Source: an uncultured delta proteobacterium
GTDB taxonomy: Bacteria > Desulfobacterota > Binatia > UBA9968
Reading direction: 5' to 3'
Length of the DNA: 64,000 nucleotides
Assembly (NCBI GenBank): GCA_963771465.1
Contig: CAVYTU010000010.1
Coordinates: 32,359 to 96,358, forward strand
Under the pieces are notes generated by a model, which ran no database searches, was not told where the DNA came from, and saw only the letters and a program-made list of their open reading frames with translations. This document shows, piece by piece, positions 19,370 to 28,201 of this stretch (position 1 is its first letter; each line of letters opens with the position of its first letter). The position numbers and the translations under genes were made by a program.

Positions 19370-20236
19370 TCAAAGTTTCTCCCAAGAGATCAAAAACACA
19401 CCCAGGATCACCAGCAGCGTGGCGGCGATTTTTCGCGGGGTGATTTTCTCCACGTCTTTGAGCAGCAACGCGGACAGCGGCAGGATGAAGAGCGACGAGC
19501 CGTTGATCAGCGGCGAGACCAGCGAGACACGTTCCATGCTGAGAGCGGTGTAGGCAAAGGCGTAGGACAGAAAATTCATAAAGCCGGCGGCGGCGAAGAG
19601 TGTAATGCCGGTTGACGCTGAATCCTTCAACGGTTTTTTCTCCTCAAACAAAAGATAGAGCACTGACATGGTGATTAACGACGTGGTCGCGGCGATGCTC
19701 GCGCCGGTCAGCGGCGAGTGGATTTTCAGCAAGCCGAAGCGGACCATGTTGTCGCGCGCGGCGAATAGGATGGCGGCAGTAAGAGGAAACAACAGATCGC
19801 GGGTGCGCCAAGTTTTCGTCGCGCCCTTCCAAGTGAGCGCGACGATGCCGCTGACAATCGAGAACGTGCCGAGAATATTCGTCAGGCTTGGCCGTTCGTC
19901 CAGGAACGAGACGGCGAAGATGGTGGCAAAGAGCGGTGTGCTGTTGGTCAGACACGAAGTAATCGACGCGCCGATGCGTTCCATGCCTTTGAAAATAAAA
20001 AAGCGGGCGACGCCGGGTACGAAGACGCCGACCAGGACAAATATCAAATTGGCGGGGCTCCAGAGATCCATACGTTCGGAAAACGCCAGGACGTAGAGCC
20101 AAAGAAACAGCGCGTTGACGCCGAGGTTGGTTAAAAGCCCGCGAAAGTAGTCGATCGCCCAAACGCCTCGATTGATCAGGACCATGGAAACGGCGAAGCA
20201 CAAGGAGCCAAAAAGGCCGAGTAGAATGGCAAGCAT
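19370..20236 (-). CDS. DMT/EamA family transporter
   Basis: 288 aa, about 10 TMs, two EamA-like halves. Confidence 0.85.
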   Translation of the reverse strand: MLAILLGLFGSLCFAVSMVLINRGVWAIDYFRGLLTNLGVNALFLWLYVLAFSERMDLWSPANLIFVLVGVFVPGVARFFIFKGMERIGASITSCLTNSTPLFATIFAVSFLDERPSLTNILGTFSIVSGIVALTWKGATKTWRTRDLLFPLTAAILFAARDNMVRFGLLKIHSPLTGASIAATTSLITMSVLYLLFEEKKPLKDSASTGITLFAAAGFMNFLSYAFAYTALSMERVSLVSPLINGSSLFILPLSALLLKDVEKITPRKIAATLLVILGVFLISWEKL

Positions 20237-20417
20237 GAGGGGTTGCCGCCGAACTTATCCCGAGGCGGCTGCAGGTTCAATTCGCTGAGCTAAAAAGCTT
20301 ACGCTCCGGCGTCTCGCTCCGGTCTCCTCGCAGCGATCGCGTTAAGAATTTGCGCTCTCGAACGTCTAACTTAGGTCCAGTGGGCCAATGCTCTGGTGCT
20401 CGAATGACGAGGGCAAA

Positions 20418-20858
20418 ATGAGACAAATTTTATCCGCTGCAGTCATTCTCGCCATTGTGGCGTTTATTGCCGGCGAGCTCCGCGCTGATGGTCGGCAATT
20501 CAATTCGCGAACACAAACCAGTCTTGGGCCGGCGCTGGTCGGCGGACCTGGTGCCATCAGGGCCGGGGAGCGGCGTAATTTTCGTGCCGTTAAGCCAAGC
20601 CGTTTTCACTACTACGTTCCGGGTAATTATTATCAGCCGTACTACCCGCAGGTGATCGTGATTTCGCCGTACGCTCCTACTTACGTGCCGGCGCCGACGG
20701 TGGTGGTTACTTCGCCTTTTTTCTGCGTGCTCCACAATGAAGGCTGGGTGAGCCGAATCGGCTTGCTTGACCATCTATCTGGGATGCACAAAATTCCCCT
20801 CGACGCTGCGGCCAATCTGTGTCCCGACGGCACCAGCTGCATTTTTCCGTCCTATTAG
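20418..20858 (+). CDS. Secreted hypothetical protein, Pro/Tyr-rich with Cys/His C-terminal motif
   Basis: Signal peptide, YYQPYYPQ..PYAPTYVPAP, FCVLH-x12-HLSGMH. Confidence 0.6.
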   Translation: MRQILSAAVILAIVAFIAGELRADGRQFNSRTQTSLGPALVGGPGAIRAGERRNFRAVKPSRFHYYVPGNYYQPYYPQVIVISPYAPTYVPAPTVVVTSPFFCVLHNEGWVSRIGLLDHLSGMHKIPLDAAANLCPDGTSCIFPSY

Positions 20859-20969
20859 ACTCATACGTCGCCGCTTGCCGTCGCTTGGAGTTTCCAGCGC
20901 AGCGGTGCTTTCTAGTTCGTCGCCGTTCCGATATATTTCTGAGGGTAGCGCTTCAGCGGCGCCGTTTTT

Positions 20970-22367
20970 ATGAATGACCTTGCTCAAAAGCTCGCTGCCG
21001 TTATCGACCCCGCACGCATTTCCGTCGATGCGGCAGGGCTCGACGATTTGTCGTGGGATGCGCTGAGCGAGGGGCGGATTCATCCGCGGCACCGGCCGCC
21101 ATTAGCCGCGCCGCTCTGCGCGGTGACGCCGGTTTCTACCGATGAAGTACAGCGAGTGGTGCGCTTTGCCAATGCTGAACGGGTGCCGATCGTGCCCTTT
21201 GGCGGCGGCTCGGGTCTGATGGGTGGCGCGTTGTCGATCCAGCCGAGTATCGTGGTCGATCTGCGCAGCATGAATCGCCTGCTAGAAATTGATACGACCT
21301 CGCGCTCGGCGCGCGCGCAGGCCGGCCTGGTTTTAGAATCGCTGGACAAGGAGCTAAACCAAGCGGGCTACATTTTGGGCCATGATCCCTGGACCGTGCC
21401 GGTGGCGACCGTCGGCGGCGCGATCTCGACCAACAGCGTCGGCTACCGCGCGGGAATTTACGGTTCCATGGGCGAACAGGTTTTGGCATTGACCGCCGTA
21501 TTGCCCAATGGCGAGATTCTCAGTACGCGCGCGGTATCGAAACATTCCGCCGGGATTCATCTCAATTCTCTTCTGATCGGCGGCGAAGGATGTTTCGGTA
21601 TTATCACCGAAGCGACGCTGAGGATTTTCTCCCAGCCGGAGACACGCTTGATTGGCGGCTATGGCTTCCCTTCGTTCGAGGTCGGATACGCGGCGATCCA
21701 AAAAATATTTCAGCAGCGGCTCCGTCCGGCCATGCTCGACTTCGGCGACGATCAAGAAAAACATGAAGCTGGCGCGATTCTCTATCTCGTTTTTGAAGGA
21801 AATGCCGCGCTGGTCACCGTCGAAGAAAAGTTGGCGGCGGCAATCTGCCTGGAACATGGCGGCACAAATTTGCCCAGCGCAGACGCTGAAGGATTCTGGC
21901 ATGATCGTCACGAAATCGCTCGGCGCTTTGCCCAGAACCGCCGCCAGCGGCGCGAGCGTGGACGGGATGGGATTTATCGCGATTGGATTCACGTCGCCTT
22001 ACCGATCTCCCAGGTGTTACCTTTCCGCAAAGCCGCACAGGCCGTGATCAAACGTCACGGCGTGCGTTTGCAGGAGAGCGGCTTGTGGGTGCAGCCGGAA
22101 CTTTTCTCCATGCGTCTGGGCAGCGAGGACGACGGGACAGCCAATGCCCAGCTCGCTTTGGAAGAAGCGATCGAAGAATTGTTACGTTTGGTGCAGCAGA
22201 TGGGCGGCTCGATGGAATATACCCACGGCGTCGGCGTGAAATTGGCGCCGCTGATGGCCAATGAGCATGGCTATGGTTTGGAAGTCATGCGCCAAATCAA
22301 GCGAACGCTGGATCCCAACAATATTATGAACCCAGGGAAAATGGGACTTGGATTCAACTCAGCTTGA
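20970..22367 (+). CDS. FAD-binding oxidoreductase (GlcD / alkyl-DHAP synthase-like, VAO family)
   Basis: PFGGGSGLMGG, GHDP...ATVGG, GGEGCFGIITE, HGVG...LDPNNIMNPGK. Confidence 0.9.
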   Translation: MNDLAQKLAAVIDPARISVDAAGLDDLSWDALSEGRIHPRHRPPLAAPLCAVTPVSTDEVQRVVRFANAERVPIVPFGGGSGLMGGALSIQPSIVVDLRSMNRLLEIDTTSRSARAQAGLVLESLDKELNQAGYILGHDPWTVPVATVGGAISTNSVGYRAGIYGSMGEQVLALTAVLPNGEILSTRAVSKHSAGIHLNSLLIGGEGCFGIITEATLRIFSQPETRLIGGYGFPSFEVGYAAIQKIFQQRLRPAMLDFGDDQEKHEAGAILYLVFEGNAALVTVEEKLAAAICLEHGGTNLPSADAEGFWHDRHEIARRFAQNRRQRRERGRDGIYRDWIHVALPISQVLPFRKAAQAVIKRHGVRLQESGLWVQPELFSMRLGSEDDGTANAQLALEEAIEELLRLVQQMGGSMEYTHGVGVKLAPLMANEHGYGLEVMRQIKRTLDPNNIMNPGKMGLGFNSA

Positions 22368-22471
22368 GATCGCCTTCGTTGAATTCGGTGCATTGCTTAG
22401 CGAACTTTTGAACGTTAGAATTTTTGTATCGCTGGCTAATCCTGCTTGCCGCTATCGGTCGCTCGGTGCCT

Positions 22472-23674
22472 ATGAAAAATATTATCTGGCAATTTCTCAT
22501 TATAGGGTTAATCGCTGGCTGCTCCTCCGCCCCCTACACGGGACGGAGCCAATTAATCGTCGTCTCTGAAGGGCAGGAAGCGGCGCTGGGCGACGACGCC
22601 TATCGCCACGTGTTGCGTGACAGCGTCGTTACCCGAGCGTCGGATGCCGAGCGGATCGTGCGCAAAGTCGGCGAGCGCATCGCTGCCGCGGCCAATAAGC
22701 CGGAATACAAATGGGAATTCACAGTTATCAACGATCCGGAAACCGTTAACGCATTCGCTGTGCCTGGTGGCAAGGTTGCCGTTTATACCGGTATCTTCGG
22801 CCCGGCGCGGGATGAAGCCGGCTTGGCTGTGGTATTGGGTCATGAAGTCGCTCACGCGCTGGCGCGCCATCCGGCGGAGCGAATGAGCCAGGGGTTGCTG
22901 CTGCAACTTGGCGGTGTCGGCCTCGGCGTCGCTCTCGGGCGAAATCCCGCGGTGGCCAATCAAATTTTACAAGTTTACGGCATTGGCGCGGGGGTTGGCG
23001 TGGCTTTGCCGTTTGGCCGGGCGCAAGAAACCGAAGCGGATCGGATCGGCCTGATATTGATGGCAAAAGCGGGCTACGACCCACGTGTGGCGCTCGATCT
23101 GTGGGAACGCATGGAAAAAAAAGAAGGCAGCAAAGGCGCGCCGCCGGAGTTTCTCTCAACTCATCCGGGCTATGAAACGCGCATTTCCCAATTGCGATCT
23201 TTTCTGCCGGAAGCGCTGAATTATTTTCAAGCGAGCGCGGCTCGGGTCGAATCGCTTCCAACAGCGGAGTCGCTCGATACGCCGGCGGCGAAATCGGAGC
23301 GCGAGCTATTGAAACGAGTGGAGGCGATCAACCGCTTTGTCGCCGAACAGAGCGGCGAGCGTTCCGTGGTCGAAGCGCTGTCCCATGAACTGCGTCTTAA
23401 TCCGCAGGTGATCGTGCAAGAGCGGCAAAAACTTCAAGTCGGATATGGTCAATACGCAGCCATGCGCGGTCTTGCCTATCTCGGGCGCGGCTCGATCAAT
23501 CGCATCGTCGATGACTACCAACGCGGCCGAGCGTGGTCGGAGATCACGAGCGCCAACGGTGGTCGAGTCAACGAGTTGATAGTATGGATTGGCGACGTCA
23601 TTCGAACGACCAACAGCCTGGCCCGCCAGCAACGGAATCAACTGCAAAATCCATATCAGCGCCTCCGTCCGTAA
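22472..23674 (+). CDS. M48 family metallopeptidase lipoprotein with C-terminal extension
   Basis: LIAGC lipobox, NAFAVPGG, HEVAH, ETEAD, FLSTHP. Confidence 0.9.
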   Translation: MKNIIWQFLIIGLIAGCSSAPYTGRSQLIVVSEGQEAALGDDAYRHVLRDSVVTRASDAERIVRKVGERIAAAANKPEYKWEFTVINDPETVNAFAVPGGKVAVYTGIFGPARDEAGLAVVLGHEVAHALARHPAERMSQGLLLQLGGVGLGVALGRNPAVANQILQVYGIGAGVGVALPFGRAQETEADRIGLILMAKAGYDPRVALDLWERMEKKEGSKGAPPEFLSTHPGYETRISQLRSFLPEALNYFQASAARVESLPTAESLDTPAAKSERELLKRVEAINRFVAEQSGERSVVEALSHELRLNPQVIVQERQKLQVGYGQYAAMRGLAYLGRGSINRIVDDYQRGRAWSEITSANGGRVNELIVWIGDVIRTTNSLARQQRNQLQNPYQRLRP

Positions 23675-23870
23675 ATCGTTTCGGTATGGGGAATCGCTTT
23701 CTCCCCCTCTTTTTTCGGCGCCGAAAGTGCGAGAAATTGGGGCGCAAATTGGGTCGCAAAATGCTTTGACATCGCGTCAGAATACATATAAGTATCTACA
23801 CAGAGGGTTTTAGTCCGGGTGAGTAAAAAACCAATCACACAATCCATTGCGATCCGCATTCTTGCTTTAG

Positions 23871-23903
23871 AAATGCACCCAACTGGGTGCATTTTTTTGT
23901 TTT
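23871..23903 (+). terminator. Intrinsic terminator-like hairpin in the leader of the Zn-ribbon gene
   Basis: AAATGCACCC-aact-GGGTGCATTT followed by a T tract. Confidence 0.7.
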
Positions 23904-23920
23904 AACGGGGGGATTCGAAG

Positions 23921-24634
23921 TTGCACGCACAAATCGAGATTTTAGCGTCGCTGCAAACCGTCGATCGAGAGATCAAAGAACAGACCGGTCTCAAACAGGG
24001 CTTACTCACTGAACTCCAGGCGAAAGAAAAGGAAATTCAGACGAAGAAACGCGAGATCGGTCTATTGACCGCCGCCTGCGCCGAGAAAGAAAAACTGCGG
24101 CTGGAAAAAGATCGGGTGCTTCAAGATGAAGGGCGCAAGGCGACGGATAAACGGATGCGCATGAACCGCATCAAAAATATCAAGGAGCTGCAAGCCTTGC
24201 AGCGTGAGATTGAGCAGATGCGCGAGAGTAACGGCGATCTCGAAGAAGAGCTGATCAAGGTCATGCAAGATATTGACGCGTTGAAAGCACAGATGCAGAC
24301 CAAGGAAAGCGAAATGGCCGCCATGCGCGAAGAATGGGGAAACAAACAGCGCGAGCTTGAGACGCAAATCAGCGGTATTGATCAATCGGTCTCGGCAGCC
24401 GCAAGCCGGCGTCAGACCATCGCCTCGCAGGTGACCGGCGACTTGATTTCGCGCTACGAATTGATTTTTTCGCGCCGCGGCGGCATGGCCGTGGTGGAAG
24501 TCGCCGCCGGCATTTGCCAAGGCTGCTATATGAACATACCGCCGCAATTGAGCAACGAGATCAGCCGAAGCGACAAGGTTCATCTCTGTCCCAGCTGCCA
24601 ACGCATTCTCTACATCAAGCCAGCTACGCAGTAA
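23921..24634 (+). CDS. Coiled-coil C4 zinc-ribbon protein (CT398/DUF164 family)
   Basis: Long coiled coil plus CQGC..IPPQ...CPSCQRILY; conventional position before rnhA-rnpB. Confidence 0.9.
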   Translation: MHAQIEILASLQTVDREIKEQTGLKQGLLTELQAKEKEIQTKKREIGLLTAACAEKEKLRLEKDRVLQDEGRKATDKRMRMNRIKNIKELQALQREIEQMRESNGDLEEELIKVMQDIDALKAQMQTKESEMAAMREEWGNKQRELETQISGIDQSVSAAASRRQTIASQVTGDLISRYELIFSRRGGMAVVEVAAGICQGCYMNIPPQLSNEISRSDKVHLCPSCQRILYIKPATQ

Positions 24635-24749
24635 GCGAATCCGCGGCTGGTAAGCGAGGCGTTTCACGACCTATCCGTGCGCGTAAAGTCACTGCAAGTA
24701 TATCCACTCGGCGGGCGACGACGGCGCTGAAAATTCCTAAAGAATAATT

Positions 24750-25148
24750 TCCCCGTTGATCGACGTGACGCCGTGGGTCAAGCAAGATTTGGCGCAGGAC
24801 CAAGAAGAATGGCTGCTGATGGGCAATGGCGCCGCGCGCGGCAATCCCGGTGATGCTGCTTGCGGCGCAGCGATCCGCGATGAAACCGACGCGCTGGTCA
24901 AGGGCCAGCCACTCGGCCGCAAAAGTATTCGCGGGTAAGGCGACTTTCAGCTTCTCGTGCGGCACTTGAACGGCAAATACCCCGTCAAAGATCAAAAGCT
25001 CAGGATACTTTATCTGCGCGCGCAGACTTTGTTGCGCCGGTTCGACTCCTATCGTATGGTTCATGTCTATCGCGAGATGAACGAAGTTGCCGATCGATTG
25101 GTCAATCACGGCATTGACGACGCGATGGGGAGAAACAGCACGGGCTAA
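24750..25148 (+). pseudogene. rnhA: Degenerate ribonuclease HI
   Basis: WLLMGNGAARGNPG (DG..RGNPG with the Asp lost) in one frame; LNGKYPVK..L...HVYREMNEVADRL in another. The TNN.AEY segment is missing. Confidence 0.75.
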
Positions 25149-25510
25149 AGTGGATTAAGCGATCGCGCTCGCGTTTCGGCGCGGGGGAGGAAAGTCCGGA
25201 CTCCACAGGACAGGGTGGCCGTTAACGGCGGCCCCGAGGAATCGGGGGAAAGTACCACAGAAAACATACCGCCTGCCGCTTCGGCGGCCGGTAAGGTTGA
25301 AAAGGCGAGGTAAGAGCTCACCGGTTCACCAGTGATGGTGGACGCATGGCAAACCCCACCCGGAGCAAGGCCAAATAGGAGGGTTGGGTGGTCCGCCCAT
25401 AGCCCTCGGGTATGGTCGCTCGACTCCTCGAGCAATCGAGGAGCAAGATGAATGATCGCTGTGATTCTGAACTACGAGTCACGACAGAATCCGGCTTACC
25501 GATCCACTTT
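25147..25510 (+). ncRNA. rnpB: RNase P RNA (type A)
   Basis: GAGGAAAGTCCGGACTCC, GGTAAGAGC, GGCAAACCCC..GGAGCAAG, ACAGAATCCGGCTTA; P1 AAAGTGGAT / ATCCACTTT. Confidence 0.97.
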
Positions 25511-25671
25511 AGCCCGAACGTTTCTCCGCGATTTGCGATCTTATCTGTGCGCAATCTTGCCGCGTCGATGCGATGGGCTCCTGAAGTCAGTTCATTGAGA
25601 TTTAAATCTCAATTAACTGCCGTTCAAGAAGGCATTGTCATCGCTATCCGGCGGAACATTCGCCTTTCATC

Positions 25672-25779
25672 CGCACGACTCAGGCAAGCTGACTTCGCAT
25701 CCGTAGAGTACGGTGTCTTAACTCCAGGCTGGTGCGTTGCACAGTCTGTAAAGTTACTCCAATCGCGGAATCCCGGGTT
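25672..25779. repeat. Decayed right half of the ~243-bp palindromic repeat
   Basis: GGCAAGCTGACTTCGCATCCGTAG..GGTGTCTT.ACTCCAGGCT...TTACTCCAATCGCGGAATCCCGGGTT aligns by eye with 9716-9819. Confidence 0.65.
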
Positions 25780-25965
25780 TAATGCCGAAATCCAACGATT
25801 TTTGATTTGCGGCAACATTTCTCTCTTGTCCTTCACGTTCTCGTTGAGAGTGCATTCAGGATGAATCCATCGAATGGACTCATGCACAGAAATTTGCAGT
25901 TTCGCCTATCGCTTACGCCTCACGCCCAAATTGTGAAAAAACCTTGGGAAATTGAATCATTTATA

Positions 25966-26018
25966 TTGACAGGTGGTAGAGAGGAAGCTATAAGTGGCGA
26001 CTAGTGGGAAAAAATGGG
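25966..26018 (+). promoter_or_regulatory. dcw promoter (sigma70) with MraZ-box-like repeats
   Basis: TTGACA(25966)-17-TATAAG(25989), then GTGGC/GTGGG/ATGGG at 10-bp period (25994, 26004, 26014). Confidence 0.85.
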
Positions 26019-26058
26019 ATAGAGCGTTCTAAAATTGGCTATCCTAGCAACGGAATCC

Positions 26059-26511
26059 ATGTTTCGTGGCAGCTTTGAACATACTCTCGATAGCAAGGGA
26101 CGGCTTAGCGTTCCGGCGAGGTTTCGTGATGTGCTGATCGGCAAGGGTGACGATCGCATCGTCATGACCAATTTCGTCATCGATGGGCAGCGCTGTCTCG
26201 ATGTTTATCCGATCGATGCTTGGCTCAGATTCGAAGACGAGGTTCGCAAAAAACCAAAGTTCGATCCGCGTATGATGAGCTTTCAAAATTATTATCTCAG
26301 TTCAGCTTGCGAATGCAGCCTCGATACGCACGGGCGGATTCTGATTCCGCCGGTGCTGAGGAAATACGCCGATCTCAAACGCGACATCATTTTGGTTTCG
26401 GCACTGGAAAAGTTTCGCGTCTGGGATCAAGAGGCGTGGAAGAAGATTTTCGTCGAAGCGGAAGACAAGGTGATGCAGGATCCGGATTTCCTTGGGGACT
26501 TGGGATTGTAA
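26059..26511 (+). CDS. mraZ: Transcriptional regulator MraZ
   Basis: MFRGSFEHTLDSKGRLSVPARFR and LDTHGRILIP motifs. Confidence 0.96.
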   Translation: MFRGSFEHTLDSKGRLSVPARFRDVLIGKGDDRIVMTNFVIDGQRCLDVYPIDAWLRFEDEVRKKPKFDPRMMSFQNYYLSSACECSLDTHGRILIPPVLRKYADLKRDIILVSALEKFRVWDQEAWKKIFVEAEDKVMQDPDFLGDLGL

Positions 26512-26553
26512 CAGAGCCGTAGGCGGTGGTCGGCTGCGAGAGGGGGAATAAAT

Positions 26554-26916
26554 ATGTTAGCGCGCAAAGCGATTCAAGATATCTCCGTGATCGATCTCAA
26601 CGGCGATATTGATTTTCGGGAGATGATCCGCATCAAAGATGCGATCGGTTCGTTGATCGAAAAGGAACGGATCAAGGTGGTGATCAATCTCAAGTCGGTG
26701 GATCATATCAACTACTTGAGCATTGGCGTTCTCTTGGAGCGGTTGAAGCTGCTCAGAAATTTAAATGGCGATCTCAAGCTTGCGGGCATGAGTCCTTTCT
26801 TGCGTGATATTTTTAAGGTCGTCGGCATGGACCGCTTCTTCGAAGATTACACCTCTCTGGAGGACGCCATCGAAAGCTTTGACGACGATTGGGAGGGTGA
26901 CGGCACCAGTCACTGA
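26554..26916 (+). CDS. STAS domain (anti-sigma factor antagonist-like) protein
   Basis: VIDLNGDID..VVINLKSVDHINYLSIGVL...GDLKLAGMSP..RDIFKVVG. Confidence 0.85.
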   Translation: MLARKAIQDISVIDLNGDIDFREMIRIKDAIGSLIEKERIKVVINLKSVDHINYLSIGVLLERLKLLRNLNGDLKLAGMSPFLRDIFKVVGMDRFFEDYTSLEDAIESFDDDWEGDGTSH

Positions 26917-26918
26917 GT

Positions 26919-27854
26919 GTGTTTGCCCATGTCTCTGTAATGTTGCGGGAGGTCGTCGACTATCTCAACCCTAAACCAGGCAAGCGATATCTCGATGGCA
27001 CATTGGGTGGAGGAGGGCATAGCGAACAGATCCTGATCGAGAGTGAGCCGGATGGTTTGGTTCTGGGACTGGACCGGGACGACGAGGCGCTTAGTGCGGC
27101 ACGCCAGCGCTTGCAAAGGTTTGGCGCTCGTTTGAGCGGGCGTCAGGCGAGTTTCGCCGAAGCGGACGGAATTCTTGCGACAATCGGCTGGCCGACGGTC
27201 GATGGAGTGATCTTGGACTTAGGCATCTCATCCCATCAGATAGATTCTCCCGAACGAGGCTTTAGCTTTCGCGGCGATGGCCGGCTCGACATGCGCATGG
27301 ACCGGCGCCAAGAGCTCGATGCTGAGCGCGTTGTGAATACGTATAGCGAGGCTGAGCTGGAGAGAATTTTTCGCGACTACGGCGAAGAGCCGCAGGCGCG
27401 ACGGATCGCGCGTGTCCTGGCTGCCGAGCGCAAGCATAAACCGATCGAAACGACTGCCGAACTCACTCAGCTGGTCGCGCGCGCCAAGCCTAGCAGCGGT
27501 GGCCGGAGGCGCGATCATCATCCGGCAACGCAAGTTTTCCAAGCGCTTCGTATCGCGGTCAATCAAGAGCTTGTCGAGATTGAGCGATTCTTGGACAAGG
27601 GTTATGAACTGCTCAGCCCGCAAGGCCGAATGGTGATCATATCATTTCAGTCCTTGGAAGATCGCCTGGTGAAACAGGCGTTTCGCAAATGGAGCCGTGC
27701 CTGTCTCTGTCCGCCGCGCGTGCTCAGCTGTCGGTGCGGCTGGAATCAGAAGGTGAAACCGCTCACGAAAAAGCCGGTGCTGCCATCGGCGCGAGAGATC
27801 GAAACCAATCCGCGCGCACGCGCCGCCAAATTGCGCGCGGTCGAGAAAATTTAG
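26919..27854 (+). CDS. rsmH: 16S rRNA m4C1402 methyltransferase
   Basis: DGTLGGGGHS, DLGISSHQ, RGFSF..DG.LDMRMD, NPRAR.AKLR. Confidence 0.97.
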   Translation: MFAHVSVMLREVVDYLNPKPGKRYLDGTLGGGGHSEQILIESEPDGLVLGLDRDDEALSAARQRLQRFGARLSGRQASFAEADGILATIGWPTVDGVILDLGISSHQIDSPERGFSFRGDGRLDMRMDRRQELDAERVVNTYSEAELERIFRDYGEEPQARRIARVLAAERKHKPIETTAELTQLVARAKPSSGGRRRDHHPATQVFQALRIAVNQELVEIERFLDKGYELLSPQGRMVIISFQSLEDRLVKQAFRKWSRACLCPPRVLSCRCGWNQKVKPLTKKPVLPSAREIETNPRARAAKLRAVEKI

Positions 27855-27859
27855 CGGCC

Positions 27860-28201
27860 ATGGCAACTGCTGTCAGCACGCAACCGCGTAGAATTATCGG
27901 CGCGAAGCGAGAACGTGCGGCACCGGCCCGCGGTAAACGCCGCCGCTTTGTAATTGCCGCCTTGCTGGTTCTCGGCTTGATCGGCGCGGTGTTGGTCCAT
28001 GTGTGGTTGCGCTTACAAGTTGTGCGCATGGGCTATGTGCTTTCGACTACGAGCAAGCTACAAGCCCGGCTCGAACAGGAAAATCGCGAATTGAAAGTCG
28101 AATTAGCGACGATGACATCGCCCGACCGGCTCGAAGCCCTGGCACGCCAGCGCTTAGGGCTGGTTCAGCCTGAGAAAGGTCAGGTCGTGGTTTTACCATG
28201 A
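27860..28201 (+). CDS. ftsL: Cell division protein FtsL
   Basis: TM, coiled coil and R.E..A...LGL..P motif; lies between rsmH and ftsI. Confidence 0.88.
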   Translation: MATAVSTQPRRIIGAKRERAAPARGKRRRFVIAALLVLGLIGAVLVHVWLRLQVVRMGYVLSTTSKLQARLEQENRELKVELATMTSPDRLEALARQRLGLVQPEKGQVVVLP

